In this document: piece after piece, positions 63,942 through 64,000 of the stretch
Layout: each line of letters begins with the position of its first letter
Numbering within the stretch: the first letter of the stretch is position 1
Assembly: GCA_001949185.1 (NCBI GenBank)
Contig: BDGG01000011.1
Location: 1,234,293-1,298,292 of the forward strand
DNA length: 64,000 bases
From: Ramazzottius varieornatus
Taxonomy: Eukaryota > Animalia > Tardigrada
Direction: 5' to 3'
Program-made: the position numbers and the translations under genes
Notes under the pieces: generated by a model
What the model was told of the DNA's origin: nothing
Database searches by the model: none
Seen by the model: the letters and a program-made list of their open reading frames with translations, nothing else

Positions 63942-64000
63942 TATGCACTTTCTTGCCATAATTGTATTTCGGCACTTTTCTTCCACGTCATAGTTTGCTG

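Overview
Compact, intron-rich animal genomic DNA with many short GT-AG introns and three 50-N gaps. The gene families and intron style suggest a tardigrade such as Ramazzottius or Hypsibius; this is inference only. Host genes: a secreted astacin-like protein lacking its zinc ligands, a two-exon WW-domain fragment of an Itch/WWP/Su(dx)-type ligase, a TM-RING E3 ligase, an orphan two-TM protein, a receptor guanylate cyclase with altered catalytic residues, a kinase-LRR pseudogene, two rhodopsin-class GPCRs, a Gly/Tyr-rich secreted protein with a premature stop, PTDSS2, and the 5' end of a probable phosphoethanolamine methyltransferase. Mobile DNA is abundant: piggyBac, two pogo-like elements, a Tc1-like element interrupted by a Tc4/Tc5-like element, Harbinger, a hAT derivative, a LINE and several MITEs. 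Three of the transposase genes contain introns. The most unusual signal is a non-coding module found five times: a GGCAAAC box about 28 bp before a 51-bp imperfect palindrome CCAAGTGGCGCAC...TGCGCCACTTGG. Its boxes and spacing are conserved while the linkers diverge, and three copies are intronic. All coordinates and splice models were read by eye.
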